Of a stretch of DNA of 38,757 nucleotides, positions 18,385-26,967 are shown one piece after another (position 1 is the stretch's first letter; each line of letters starts with the position of its first letter). The notes under the pieces are model-generated. The model was not told the DNA's origin. It saw only the letters and a program-made list of their open reading frames with translations, and did not search any database. The stretch spans positions 1 through 38,757 of the IMG/VR virus record IMGVR_UViG_3300021373_001838; one strand, 5' to 3'. The position numbers were made by a program, and so were the translations under genes. The DNA comes from a virus (Duplodnaviria; Caudoviricetes).

Positions 18385-18636
18385 TTACTTTTCCTCTATG
18401 TCTATAAGACTTATGATAGAACGAAGAGCGGTCTGCTCTCCTAGATAGTGCGCCATCTTGTCTTCCCAACTATTGCTCTCAAAGTGTTTACGAGATGACA
18501 TCTCTTTTATACTTTGGTCTAAGTCTTCCTGAACTAGGACGGCTAACTGTTCAAGCACCAGCTTAGCATTTTTTACTTGCTGCTTCACTGCTGCTCTCTC
18601 AGATTCTTTGTAGGCTTTAAGCCAACGTGTGTTCAT
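18385..18636 (-). CDS. Hypothetical protein between portal and scaffold
   Basis: ATGA overlap with the portal stop. Confidence 0.75.
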   Translation of the reverse strand: MNTRWLKAYKESERAAVKQQVKNAKLVLEQLAVLVQEDLDQSIKEMSSRKHFESNSWEDKMAHYLGEQTALRSIISLIDIEEK

Positions 18637-20399
18637 ACTGGTGGTTCCTCACCCTCGATTGGTGTCTGGGCTTCCACTTGTAGGTCTTCTTGTGCTTGCT
18701 GTACGAAGCGTTGGGTCTCAACCTCCTCGAACACCTGAGCATTGTCACTGAATAAGTCAAAGCGTTGCAGCTGTAGGCTGTCCTCGATGAGCTTAGCCAG
18801 TGCTTTGTTAGACACATGCTTAGAGATACCAGCCCAGATGCCGCTGTTGGCTACGCCTGACAGGTTCTGTAGCAGCTGTGCTCTAGCACTGAAGTGTCTA
18901 GCACCAACAGGACGCAGCTTACCTTTAGCTGTGATGTCCTCTTTAGTGATCTTCATAAACTCTGTTACACCTAGATCATCGTCCATAATACGGACAACGT
19001 CTGCACCATTGAAGTGTCGCTTAGCTACCTCTAGCATATTGTTAAGCAGCTTCTCCAATAGCTCTATCTCGAACTGTGTGGTCTTCTCTTGGAAGATACG
19101 ACCTGCTGCATTCTCTAGGCTCTGCACCTCAAAGGCTGTCTTTTCGCCCGGAGTACGTATACCCATAGCTTGCTTAGGAGCACCCGCCATCTCTTCCATT
19201 AAGTTGAGGATGCGGTCTATCTCGAAGTTAGCAGAGAATGCCTGAGCTGCTGGAGCAAGAGGTTGTACATCCCCACCCTCTCCTACGTATATCTCTGAGA
19301 ACGGTGCCCACTCAAACTCATCTACATCCCCAATGATCTTAATAGGGGGTGCTAATATCATATCACCGATGTCAGCCTTGAGGTTCTCAAGATGGTCGAT
19401 GCGATACTGTAAGCCCACTAGGTTGTCCAGTGGCCCCATACCGTACAGGTTGTCTGGTCGCTTACGCCATGTAGTCATAACCTTGTAGCCGCCACGCTTC
19501 CACGCAGGGATAGGCTCTTTACGGATAACGCTGGTACGATCCATGATGGTGATGATGTAGTCGTCTAGCAACTCACCTGTGTTCTTGTCGTACATTGTTC
19601 CTTCAAACTCTAGCAGCTCTACGTAGCCACTGCCGAAGTATTCATACAGATCCCCGAAGCCATCTACGCTGAATGCTTGTGCTTTGTTGAAATCATCTGA
19701 GCTGTAGTAGCCATTGTGGTTGGCTCGTATCTCAGCTGATGCACGTACAGCATCCTGAAACTGCTTGTCTTCACTGTGCAACGCTTGCATCTCAATCTCA
19801 CCGAAGGTCTTAATGCTTCGTGTGATCTTAGGACTCTTAGCGAAGTCTGTAGCTAGTGGATCAAATACAATATCCTCTGGGCTAACACGTACAGCACGTG
19901 GGCCTACGTATCCAGCAATCACTTCCTCTGTCTCTGGGTCAGTCTTAGTCTCATCTACCCAGATGACATCAGCGATAGCAATGCCGTAGTCTATGTAGTC
20001 TAGCACTAGCTTGCTGGCTACAGTGCGTAGGTCGCTTTCACGTACCTTGTTGCTCATGTATGCTTGGATAGCTTTCTTCTTCTGTAGCTCCTCAGCGTCT
20101 AGTGTATACCCTTCCCACTTCATCCAGTCATCGTTAGGGAACAATGCACTGTTGTAATTGGCGTGTAGGTTGTCCCTGATCTGGCACAACTTAGGCAGCG
20201 TAGTCTTGTTCTTCCAAGGTAGGGAAGAGTTAGTAGTAGTAGCTGTATCTGTAGCGAACACATAGTTACGAATCTCCTGCTTCTCATCCAACCATGTACG
20301 TCTTTGATTGTTCCAGTTGTCCCACTGCTGTGTAATGTTAGCAGCCAGATCCTCTGGATCAAGTACGCCTTCTAGTTCTAATACGCGATCTTCAATCAT
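18633..20399 (-). CDS. Portal protein
   Basis: 588 aa after TerL; RPDNLYGMGPLDNL and GIRTPGEKTAFEV motifs. Confidence 0.9.
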   Translation of the reverse strand: MIEDRVLELEGVLDPEDLAANITQQWDNWNNQRRTWLDEKQEIRNYVFATDTATTTNSSLPWKNKTTLPKLCQIRDNLHANYNSALFPNDDWMKWEGYTLDAEELQKKKAIQAYMSNKVRESDLRTVASKLVLDYIDYGIAIADVIWVDETKTDPETEEVIAGYVGPRAVRVSPEDIVFDPLATDFAKSPKITRSIKTFGEIEMQALHSEDKQFQDAVRASAEIRANHNGYYSSDDFNKAQAFSVDGFGDLYEYFGSGYVELLEFEGTMYDKNTGELLDDYIITIMDRTSVIRKEPIPAWKRGGYKVMTTWRKRPDNLYGMGPLDNLVGLQYRIDHLENLKADIGDMILAPPIKIIGDVDEFEWAPFSEIYVGEGGDVQPLAPAAQAFSANFEIDRILNLMEEMAGAPKQAMGIRTPGEKTAFEVQSLENAAGRIFQEKTTQFEIELLEKLLNNMLEVAKRHFNGADVVRIMDDDLGVTEFMKITKEDITAKGKLRPVGARHFSARAQLLQNLSGVANSGIWAGISKHVSNKALAKLIEDSLQLQRFDLFSDNAQVFEEVETQRFVQQAQEDLQVEAQTPIEGEEPPV

Positions 20400-21925
20400 C
20401 TAAATGAAACCCCACCGAAACGTCCATCAAATTTAACCACATTACTTCTCTCTCTATTCAGCCCTGTACGTTGCTTAGGCTTCACACTTATTTCGATACA
20501 AGAGGCTAGACAGTCTTTTATATCATCGTGCTGTGGTCGTGCTAATAGTAATTCTTCTTCTAGTGCTGGGATGTACCCGCCCTTGTAGTGCCACACCGAG
20601 AGGTTCTCATAGCGTGGCTCTAATACAGCAGCCATCCTTTCAATCTTGCTACCTTGATGACGGTTAGGACGGTGGTCGTCTATCGACAAGCTGTCCCCGT
20701 TCTCCCGCACCTTATCCTTCAGATCCCCTACGATGATACTCTGTGCTGCTGTTACCTCAGCTCGCATCTTACGGAATCCCCATCTTGTGTGCATCTCACT
20801 GATCTTGTCGTAGTACACACTGATCTTGTCAGTCTTAAACCTATCTATGTCTAGAACGTAGATGTGTCCATCTGATGCCATACCGATCACTACGATAGCT
20901 GTGTAGTCAGCTCGTGCATTCATAGTGTATGCAAAGTCAATAGCTGCATAGACGTTTAACACACGTTCTTTATAGAACCATTTGCCACTCTGATTAGTTA
21001 GGTGGCGCTTGTCGTAGTATTGAAACCTTGAATGGTCTAAGCGATTAGACTCAGGATCATTAGGGTCGTTGTAATACTGTGCAAAGAACTGTGTACGGTC
21101 TGAATACATGGCACTGATACGTGCAAGCTCTCGCTTATCAAAGCCAAAAGTCTTACCGTCATCCCTTGATGCTCGTGGCCACAGGTACACCCCGTCTACT
21201 TCTACCACTTCCTCCATGATCTCCCATAGAGGCTCTTCTTCTAGTACCTCTCCAGCGTCATCGAACACTGGTATTACTTGTCCTTTCCAAATACTGTACT
21301 GGTCAGCTGCATGGTAACGTGTACCACATGCCTTAATCATCCCACCTGTATTCAGGATAGATGCCATCTGGCTCATAGCTGCTGCTGTCTTCCTACGTCC
21401 GTCTGCTGTGTAAGCATTGTCAGGAACAACAACGTCATCCGGTACAATGATGTCTGCGTGCCAACCAGTAGTGTTAGTGGTTAGGCCAGCAGTGCGTATA
21501 GTGTAGTCCCTTACGCCTTCTTCCTTCCTCGTCGGGTGATCTACGGCAATAGCAGTTGTAGCCCACTTCTCTCGCTTACCTTCTTCTGGGACTATCATCT
21601 CAGGCCAGTATCTCTGGTACACTGGTGAGGCTATCATGTTCTTTATTGCATAGAGCTGTGTCTCTGCTAGGTCAGCAGTTGCTGATAGGTACAGGATGGT
21701 AGTCTCAGGGTGCTTAGTCACCCACCATGCTGCCCATACAGCTAGACAATGGCTCTTCAAGTGTCCACGAGGCAGCAGCAACAGCTGATTAGGATGGTCT
21801 GTCTTCATCAACCACTTAAATACCACCCGATGTACGTCCCCGTACAGGTATTTAGGATTAACCAAGGCTGCAAACGTAGCTAAGTCCTGCTCAGCCAGCT
21901 CTCTGATCTCTTGTTTAGTGCTCAT
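20396..21925 (-). CDS. terL: Terminase large subunit
   Basis: PRGHLKS Walker A, TGWHADIIVPDD Walker B, GTRYH coupling motif, IDFA...DYTA and HDDIKD nuclease motifs. Confidence 0.95.
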   Translation of the reverse strand: MSTKQEIRELAEQDLATFAALVNPKYLYGDVHRVVFKWLMKTDHPNQLLLLPRGHLKSHCLAVWAAWWVTKHPETTILYLSATADLAETQLYAIKNMIASPVYQRYWPEMIVPEEGKREKWATTAIAVDHPTRKEEGVRDYTIRTAGLTTNTTGWHADIIVPDDVVVPDNAYTADGRRKTAAAMSQMASILNTGGMIKACGTRYHAADQYSIWKGQVIPVFDDAGEVLEEEPLWEIMEEVVEVDGVYLWPRASRDDGKTFGFDKRELARISAMYSDRTQFFAQYYNDPNDPESNRLDHSRFQYYDKRHLTNQSGKWFYKERVLNVYAAIDFAYTMNARADYTAIVVIGMASDGHIYVLDIDRFKTDKISVYYDKISEMHTRWGFRKMRAEVTAAQSIIVGDLKDKVRENGDSLSIDDHRPNRHQGSKIERMAAVLEPRYENLSVWHYKGGYIPALEEELLLARPQHDDIKDCLASCIEISVKPKQRTGLNRERSNVVKFDGRFGGVSFR

Positions 21926-22061
21926 CGTTTACCACCAAGCTGCCAAAGTCATAGCTTTCTATCTTCCCTGCCTCTTTCTCGGCCTCAGCAAGTATTGCTT
22001 TCTTCACAAACTCGTAAGGTAGGTCGGGATTATCTTCCATGATTTCTTTTTCAGTGGACAC
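21915..22061 (-). CDS. Mini-protein resembling the C-terminal half of ParD-like antitoxins (48 aa from GTG 22061, or 41 aa from ATG 22040); not in ORF track
   Basis: Translation MSTEKEIMEDNPDLPYEFVKKAILAEAEKEAGKIESYDFGSLVVNDEH; AGGA 6 nt before GTG; overlaps terS stop and terL start. Confidence 0.7.
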   Translation of the reverse strand: MSTEKEIMEDNPDLPYEFVKKAILAEAEKEAGKIESYDFGSLVVNDEH

Positions 22062-22560
22062 CACGTATCCTTGCTAGGTCATCGTCAATAGTTTGCTTAA
22101 TGTTAGCGTGTGCCTTACGTTCTCGCAACACTTCTTCCTTGGTAGGCCTACCTGCTGTACGCTTCTCTACCCAGCCTTTGTCAGCCAGCCACTTGGCAGC
22201 CTGTAGTGCCCCCTTACCTTCACTGTATGCTTCCATCATAACGCCTCTCACGCCCTGTGAGCGTAGCATTACCTCAAGCTCCTCTCTCCATGCGTTAATG
22301 TAGGGATGCAGACGAGTGGTGCTGTCGCATAGACGCTTCCAATGTGACCATCCACCTAGATGTTTAGTAGCAAACTCATATTCAGTAGGGTCTGCTGTCT
22401 CTAGGTAGAGGCGCTTGATGGAGATGTACGTCTTACCATTGTGCTCGTGGTCATCATCCTTCAATGTGAACACAGCGTTCTTAGGGTTTTCATAACAGAA
22501 CTCTAGGAATAAAGATTGTGTTAAGAAGTTACCTGTTACCTTGTCTCGAAATATACTCAT
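22051..22560 (-). CDS. Putative terminase small subunit
   Basis: Position upstream of terL; DPTEYEFA...GGWSHWKRL...W.EELE and AAKWLADKGW...GRPTKEE motifs. Confidence 0.7.
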   Translation of the reverse strand: MSIFRDKVTGNFLTQSLFLEFCYENPKNAVFTLKDDDHEHNGKTYISIKRLYLETADPTEYEFATKHLGGWSHWKRLCDSTTRLHPYINAWREELEVMLRSQGVRGVMMEAYSEGKGALQAAKWLADKGWVEKRTAGRPTKEEVLRERKAHANIKQTIDDDLARIRGVH

Positions 22561-24723
22561 TTAATATCCTATGGCTATGTATGTAAACTCATATGTGCCA
22601 GAAAAGCCCCCATCAGGGTCAACAGTGAACTGAGAAGTAGTTACAGGTGTAGCTTGAGAAACCGCTAAGACCGAGGTTGGGCCTTCATCTAGCCTAGTTA
22701 GCTGGATGCTGCCCACAGCTGTAGGAAAAGTCTCTGAGAATGTTACATTTAAAGGAGAAGATCCTGTGAATTGTACAGAACCCCACTGTACTAATAAAGG
22801 CCCGACATACGCATGTCCTTTTGCATAACCACCTGATGTAGCTGCTGGTGTTGTAAGAATGTCACCAGTTAAGCTGTCAGCTGTATCATTCACTACTACC
22901 TTAGTAACACCTGATCCGAACTTAGCCATTAACTCATACGTGCTGTCATTAGAGTAGAGCTGTGTTACATCTGTAACAGTAGATGGGTTAGATGCCGTTT
23001 CGTCTATCAAAACCCCACCCGCTTCTGGTGCAAGCAGCACACCAGACAGGTCGATAATACTGCCTGCTGTGTTGTATTCAAAGTCAACAGTGTTGCCAGA
23101 TGTTGTACCGCCATCTGTGTCTATAAAGCTACCTTCTATTGCGGAGAAACCTGTCACACAGTTTTTGACATCTGTACCTGCAGCAATTATTGTAGCTGAG
23201 CTTGCACTCCAAGCTCTTACACCGTACTGGTACCCGTCTACCTCAGCAGACCCTTTTATGACAGAGGACTCCAAGTAGTATCCTTCCGAAGAAAGAGTGT
23301 TATCGTGATATTTTGCAATAACATTTACATTCCCCTGCGCCCTTTGTCCCCAAAACACTCTTGCGTTAGTACAGTAAACACTTCCAAGAAACGTGCTATC
23401 AATAGCGAGAACGCCACGACCACCTCCTGCTATATAAACATTACCTGAAGCATAACAGTTCTCTCCTAAAGACAAGCCATCAAACTGACACCCTCCGGTT
23501 ACAACAGTCCCTAGTGCGAGCGTAGAAGCATCAGCAGTAACAGCACTTAGGTTCATATTTGCTACATACAGCAGTTCGGAGGTGAACACTGTGTTCTTAC
23601 CACAGACTATGCCGTAGAAAGGGCTGCTACCTACACTCACACCTGTCGTGTGGTTGTAATCACCAATGATTGCTATGTTGCCAAAAGTTATGTCTCCACC
23701 TTCTATGTAGAAGCAAGCATTCTTATCGCCAGATGCTGTGTAGCCATCATCAAACTGTAACTGTAAGCCTGTACGAACAACAGTCATGGATGTAACAGTC
23801 ATTGTAGGCCAAGCTGCTGCATCACTTGTGTTCTTTATGGTGATAGACACGTTCGGAACTATTGCTGTAATCTCCCAACAGCCTCGCATGTATTCGTAAT
23901 CACCAGTGCCTGCTACAGACCATATTGACACAAACTCCCCAACATTGAGGTTGGCTGTATCGTCAGAAGACATATCAACAGTTACTGACCAGTTCTTAGT
24001 AGCACCTACAGCACCTGTTATCAGGCTGCCTCCAGTCAATCCTTTATTCTCTGTAGCCCCAGTGCCTTGTATAGTAAGCTCACCAACAAGGGACTTGATA
24101 GAAACGCCCGTAAGCCCTGTGTACAAGCCTGTATCTATATCTATAACAGCAGCGTTACCTACGATGTGTGCATCCGCAAAAGAAGGCAAACCTGTTACAC
24201 GATAAGTCTTACCTGAACCAAACTCTACAGTCTTACCTGTAGCTAAAGCAGCGTTGATTGCGGCAAGATCATCCGTAGAGTTATCACCCGCAGCTCCGAA
24301 GTCTTCAGGGGATACAGTTTCTCTTAGCTTATCGCCAATAGTACGTCTTGTGCTGCTTGCTGCATTCTGATCGAAAGAGAGGACATCTCCGTCCCTAAGT
24401 ACAAAAGTGTTACCACTAGAGTCTACACTTAAAGCCTGATCGTCTGTGCCAGTGCTAGGTGTAGGCAATACAGTACCAGTAGTGGTAACACCTGCCAGTA
24501 CATCTGACAACCTAGCAGCGTCTGTACTCGAAGCAGGAGCTGGTAAGTTACGGATACGGTTGGAGTTCATATCCAACTCGTTCTGCATCTGATTCGGCTC
24601 ACCCTCAGGGTTATCCCGATACAACACCTTATTGTTTAGGTCGTCTTCTATCTTATCAAAGTTAGTGATAAGTTTAGTTACAGACTTAAAGCCTGAAACA
24701 ATACTGTCAAGTGTGATTTTCAT
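22561..24723 (-). CDS. Tail fibre / tailspike with beta-helix region
   Basis: N-terminal anchor LDMNSNRIRNLPAP, VSPEDFGAAGDNSTDDLAAINAALA beta-helix cap, C-terminal LLVQWG...VTFSETFPT domain. Confidence 0.85.
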   Translation of the reverse strand: MKITLDSIVSGFKSVTKLITNFDKIEDDLNNKVLYRDNPEGEPNQMQNELDMNSNRIRNLPAPASSTDAARLSDVLAGVTTTGTVLPTPSTGTDDQALSVDSSGNTFVLRDGDVLSFDQNAASSTRRTIGDKLRETVSPEDFGAAGDNSTDDLAAINAALATGKTVEFGSGKTYRVTGLPSFADAHIVGNAAVIDIDTGLYTGLTGVSIKSLVGELTIQGTGATENKGLTGGSLITGAVGATKNWSVTVDMSSDDTANLNVGEFVSIWSVAGTGDYEYMRGCWEITAIVPNVSITIKNTSDAAAWPTMTVTSMTVVRTGLQLQFDDGYTASGDKNACFYIEGGDITFGNIAIIGDYNHTTGVSVGSSPFYGIVCGKNTVFTSELLYVANMNLSAVTADASTLALGTVVTGGCQFDGLSLGENCYASGNVYIAGGGRGVLAIDSTFLGSVYCTNARVFWGQRAQGNVNVIAKYHDNTLSSEGYYLESSVIKGSAEVDGYQYGVRAWSASSATIIAAGTDVKNCVTGFSAIEGSFIDTDGGTTSGNTVDFEYNTAGSIIDLSGVLLAPEAGGVLIDETASNPSTVTDVTQLYSNDSTYELMAKFGSGVTKVVVNDTADSLTGDILTTPAATSGGYAKGHAYVGPLLVQWGSVQFTGSSPLNVTFSETFPTAVGSIQLTRLDEGPTSVLAVSQATPVTTSQFTVDPDGGFSGTYEFTYIAIGY

Positions 24724-24730
24724 ATGCTAC

Positions 24731-25003
24731 CTATGCGTCGTAGTTCAAAGCAGTGGTTACTTCTGTTGCTGACATTACAAACTTGAACCGTCCCGGCCCT
24801 GAGATGATGGCTGAAGGCTCACCCTCGCTGAGTGCTCGGCCTACAAAGACATCTACTGTATCGTCGTCTGTACGATAGACATCGACAGTCTCACGAAAGC
24901 CTAGATTGGGTACGGTGTATATCTGAATGCTTGCACCTGCCGCTACGCTGATGTAGCCAGATGGCCCACCTGCGGTTGTAGTTGGTATTGCTTCTGTTGA
25001 CAT
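24731..25003 (-). CDS. Small beta-rich putative virion protein (90 aa, start MSTEAIP)
   Basis: GAGG RBS before ATG 25003; the upstream start would overlap the previous gene. Confidence 0.65.
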   Translation of the reverse strand: MSTEAIPTTTAGGPSGYISVAAGASIQIYTVPNLGFRETVDVYRTDDDTVDVFVGRALSEGEPSAIISGPGRFKFVMSATEVTTALNYDA

Positions 25004-25014
25004 TGTTTTTTCCT

Positions 25015-26517
25015 CTAGTGTTTGATAATGTTGTGAGAGATGATGGACTGCTCTCCTGTGCCGCCTGTTAAGCCCCCTTGCCAAACTGCTTCTATTTCTA
25101 TCAACGAGCCTACTGCGTAAACATCTCCAGATGTATGGGCAATAGTCGCTCCTAAAACTGGCTCTGTCAGAGACAAAGTGCCACTAGCGTCTGTTGTGTC
25201 TTCTATTAAGGATATAGACCCTGTGGTCAAGTTATAAAGGGCTTTTCCGTTGTGCTGGTCATCCACCCAAGAAGATGCCGTATCTATCAGAAGGAGGCCA
25301 TCTGCGGTTGTAGTTGTGACAGTCCCTCCTTCCCCGTTTGTAACCATAGCTGTAAGACAACCAAGCTCTGTTCCTGCGCCCAACTGAAAGATTACAAAAT
25401 TAGGTCGAATATTAGGTTCAGATATTTGACTTTTAGTCGCTGCCTGTAAATCAGAAGCGCTTAGGGTTCTTGTTGTAGCTCCATCCACCTTAAAAGAAAG
25501 GCTTATGCTGTCAGGCCAGTCGTTTATACTGTCATCAGCTATAAGAGCGCTTCTGTCTGTATCAATAACTATGTAAGGAACATCGTTTTTTAAATCTCTG
25601 TCCCCAAACCCTACAATACATAAGTCCTCTGTTGCCCCATCTGAGTTAACTAGTATTAAATCTAAACCATAAGAAGATAAAGCACCCTCATAATTAAAGC
25701 CTACAAACATAGATGCCTGACCAGTCACTACGTTACCGCTTGCGTCAAAAGCTCCATCATTAAAACCTATAATACTTTTGTGTTTTACCGTTGCATTTCC
25801 TGCCATTGTGCTCACCCATTCGTAAAAATTATACTCTCTTTGATCCGCAAAAAGAATGCCAGCCCTCTCGTAGTGGTTGCTTCCGTCTATAGGCTGCCCG
25901 CTTAGATCAATATAGACCCTGTTTTTATTTTCTAAGGCAAACTTTTTCAGACCGTCTGTTACATTAGTGTAGCCGCTTTCAGTTCTTGCGGCTGGCTGCA
26001 AAAGAGCAAAAGGAATGTTATCGTTTAACTCTGGTATGTCAGCCTTCATCTGCTGCCAGTAGTAACTGAGGTCTGTGTAGTACGTAGTAGAACCCTCTAC
26101 TGAGTCTTTCTCCCCATGCCAAAAGCTAATAAGAACAATCCTGTTACCACTGTCTGTTGCTATTGCAGTGTTAATTGTATCTTTTGCCAATTCGTAATTA
26201 GAGTTATTAGGGTACAAAGTCCCAACTCCATCCTGAAAACCAGAACCACCAAAGGCGGCACACACAAACAGCAGCTTTCTACCAGCCTCAAGGTTGTTGG
26301 CTTCGTAGTTTTCCGCAAATACTTTCCACTTACCCATTGATGTTGGCAAAGCTGCTACATGCTCAAGGGGGTGCGTAGCAGCTTTTATGGACTGCGTTTG
26401 GTAGGAGAATTGGTAAGTGTTGGGTATTGCCGAGTAGTCCTCATCATCTACCAATCTTGTTGCTCTGCCCTTATTGTTGCTCTGGCCTATCAACAAAACA
26501 ATATCATAATTTGACAT
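25015..26517 (-). CDS. SGNH-fold carbohydrate esterase (sialate O-acetylesterase/SASA-like) with C-terminal extension
   Basis: LLIGQSN catalytic Ser motif, AFGGSG, FWHGEKD, DGSNHY. Confidence 0.8.
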   Translation of the reverse strand: MSNYDIVLLIGQSNNKGRATRLVDDEDYSAIPNTYQFSYQTQSIKAATHPLEHVAALPTSMGKWKVFAENYEANNLEAGRKLLFVCAAFGGSGFQDGVGTLYPNNSNYELAKDTINTAIATDSGNRIVLISFWHGEKDSVEGSTTYYTDLSYYWQQMKADIPELNDNIPFALLQPAARTESGYTNVTDGLKKFALENKNRVYIDLSGQPIDGSNHYERAGILFADQREYNFYEWVSTMAGNATVKHKSIIGFNDGAFDASGNVVTGQASMFVGFNYEGALSSYGLDLILVNSDGATEDLCIVGFGDRDLKNDVPYIVIDTDRSALIADDSINDWPDSISLSFKVDGATTRTLSASDLQAATKSQISEPNIRPNFVIFQLGAGTELGCLTAMVTNGEGGTVTTTTADGLLLIDTASSWVDDQHNGKALYNLTTGSISLIEDTTDASGTLSLTEPVLGATIAHTSGDVYAVGSLIEIEAVWQGGLTGGTGEQSIISHNIIKH

Positions 26518-26518
26518 A

Positions 26519-26947
26519 TCAAATTATCCCAAATCTGTTTAGAAGTTTATCTGCCCTCTCGCTGTAACAGTGTGTCGTACCGTAAAGCTCGTAGGAATCA
26601 GTCTTGTACACAATATTTCCACCACGAGCACTGTGGTTTGACATGCTAATCAAAGGTGCTATATAGTCTCCCTCCATTGCGTGTGCTAGATAAAAAGACC
26701 TATCTATAGTTCTTCCTAGCGCCTTATGTGGTGCAACCCAGCTCTCTAAAGATTTAGGTATTACAAGAGAAAGTTCTTTGTTACTAACGCCTTCTAGCCT
26801 GAACGCGCCATAAGGGTGTTTTCTGTCGCAGTAGAATTCAAGGGAGGGGTGTACAAAACCCCCCGCCTCTATTACATCTTTAATAGTATCCTTTAGTATC
26901 TTTTCAACAACACCGCAGTCACTCTTTATTACTGGAGTGCTTGCCAT
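26519..26947 (-). CDS. Minimal SET-domain-like protein (putative protein-lysine methyltransferase)
   Basis: GGFVHPSL...YGAF...ELSLVIPKSL...IAPLISMSNHS...CYS...LLNRFGI follows the motif order of Rubisco-LSMT/SETD6-type SET domains. Confidence 0.55.
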   Translation of the reverse strand: MASTPVIKSDCGVVEKILKDTIKDVIEAGGFVHPSLEFYCDRKHPYGAFRLEGVSNKELSLVIPKSLESWVAPHKALGRTIDRSFYLAHAMEGDYIAPLISMSNHSARGGNIVYKTDSYELYGTTHCYSERADKLLNRFGII

Positions 26948-26967
26948 TCTTATCTACCTATGTATGT

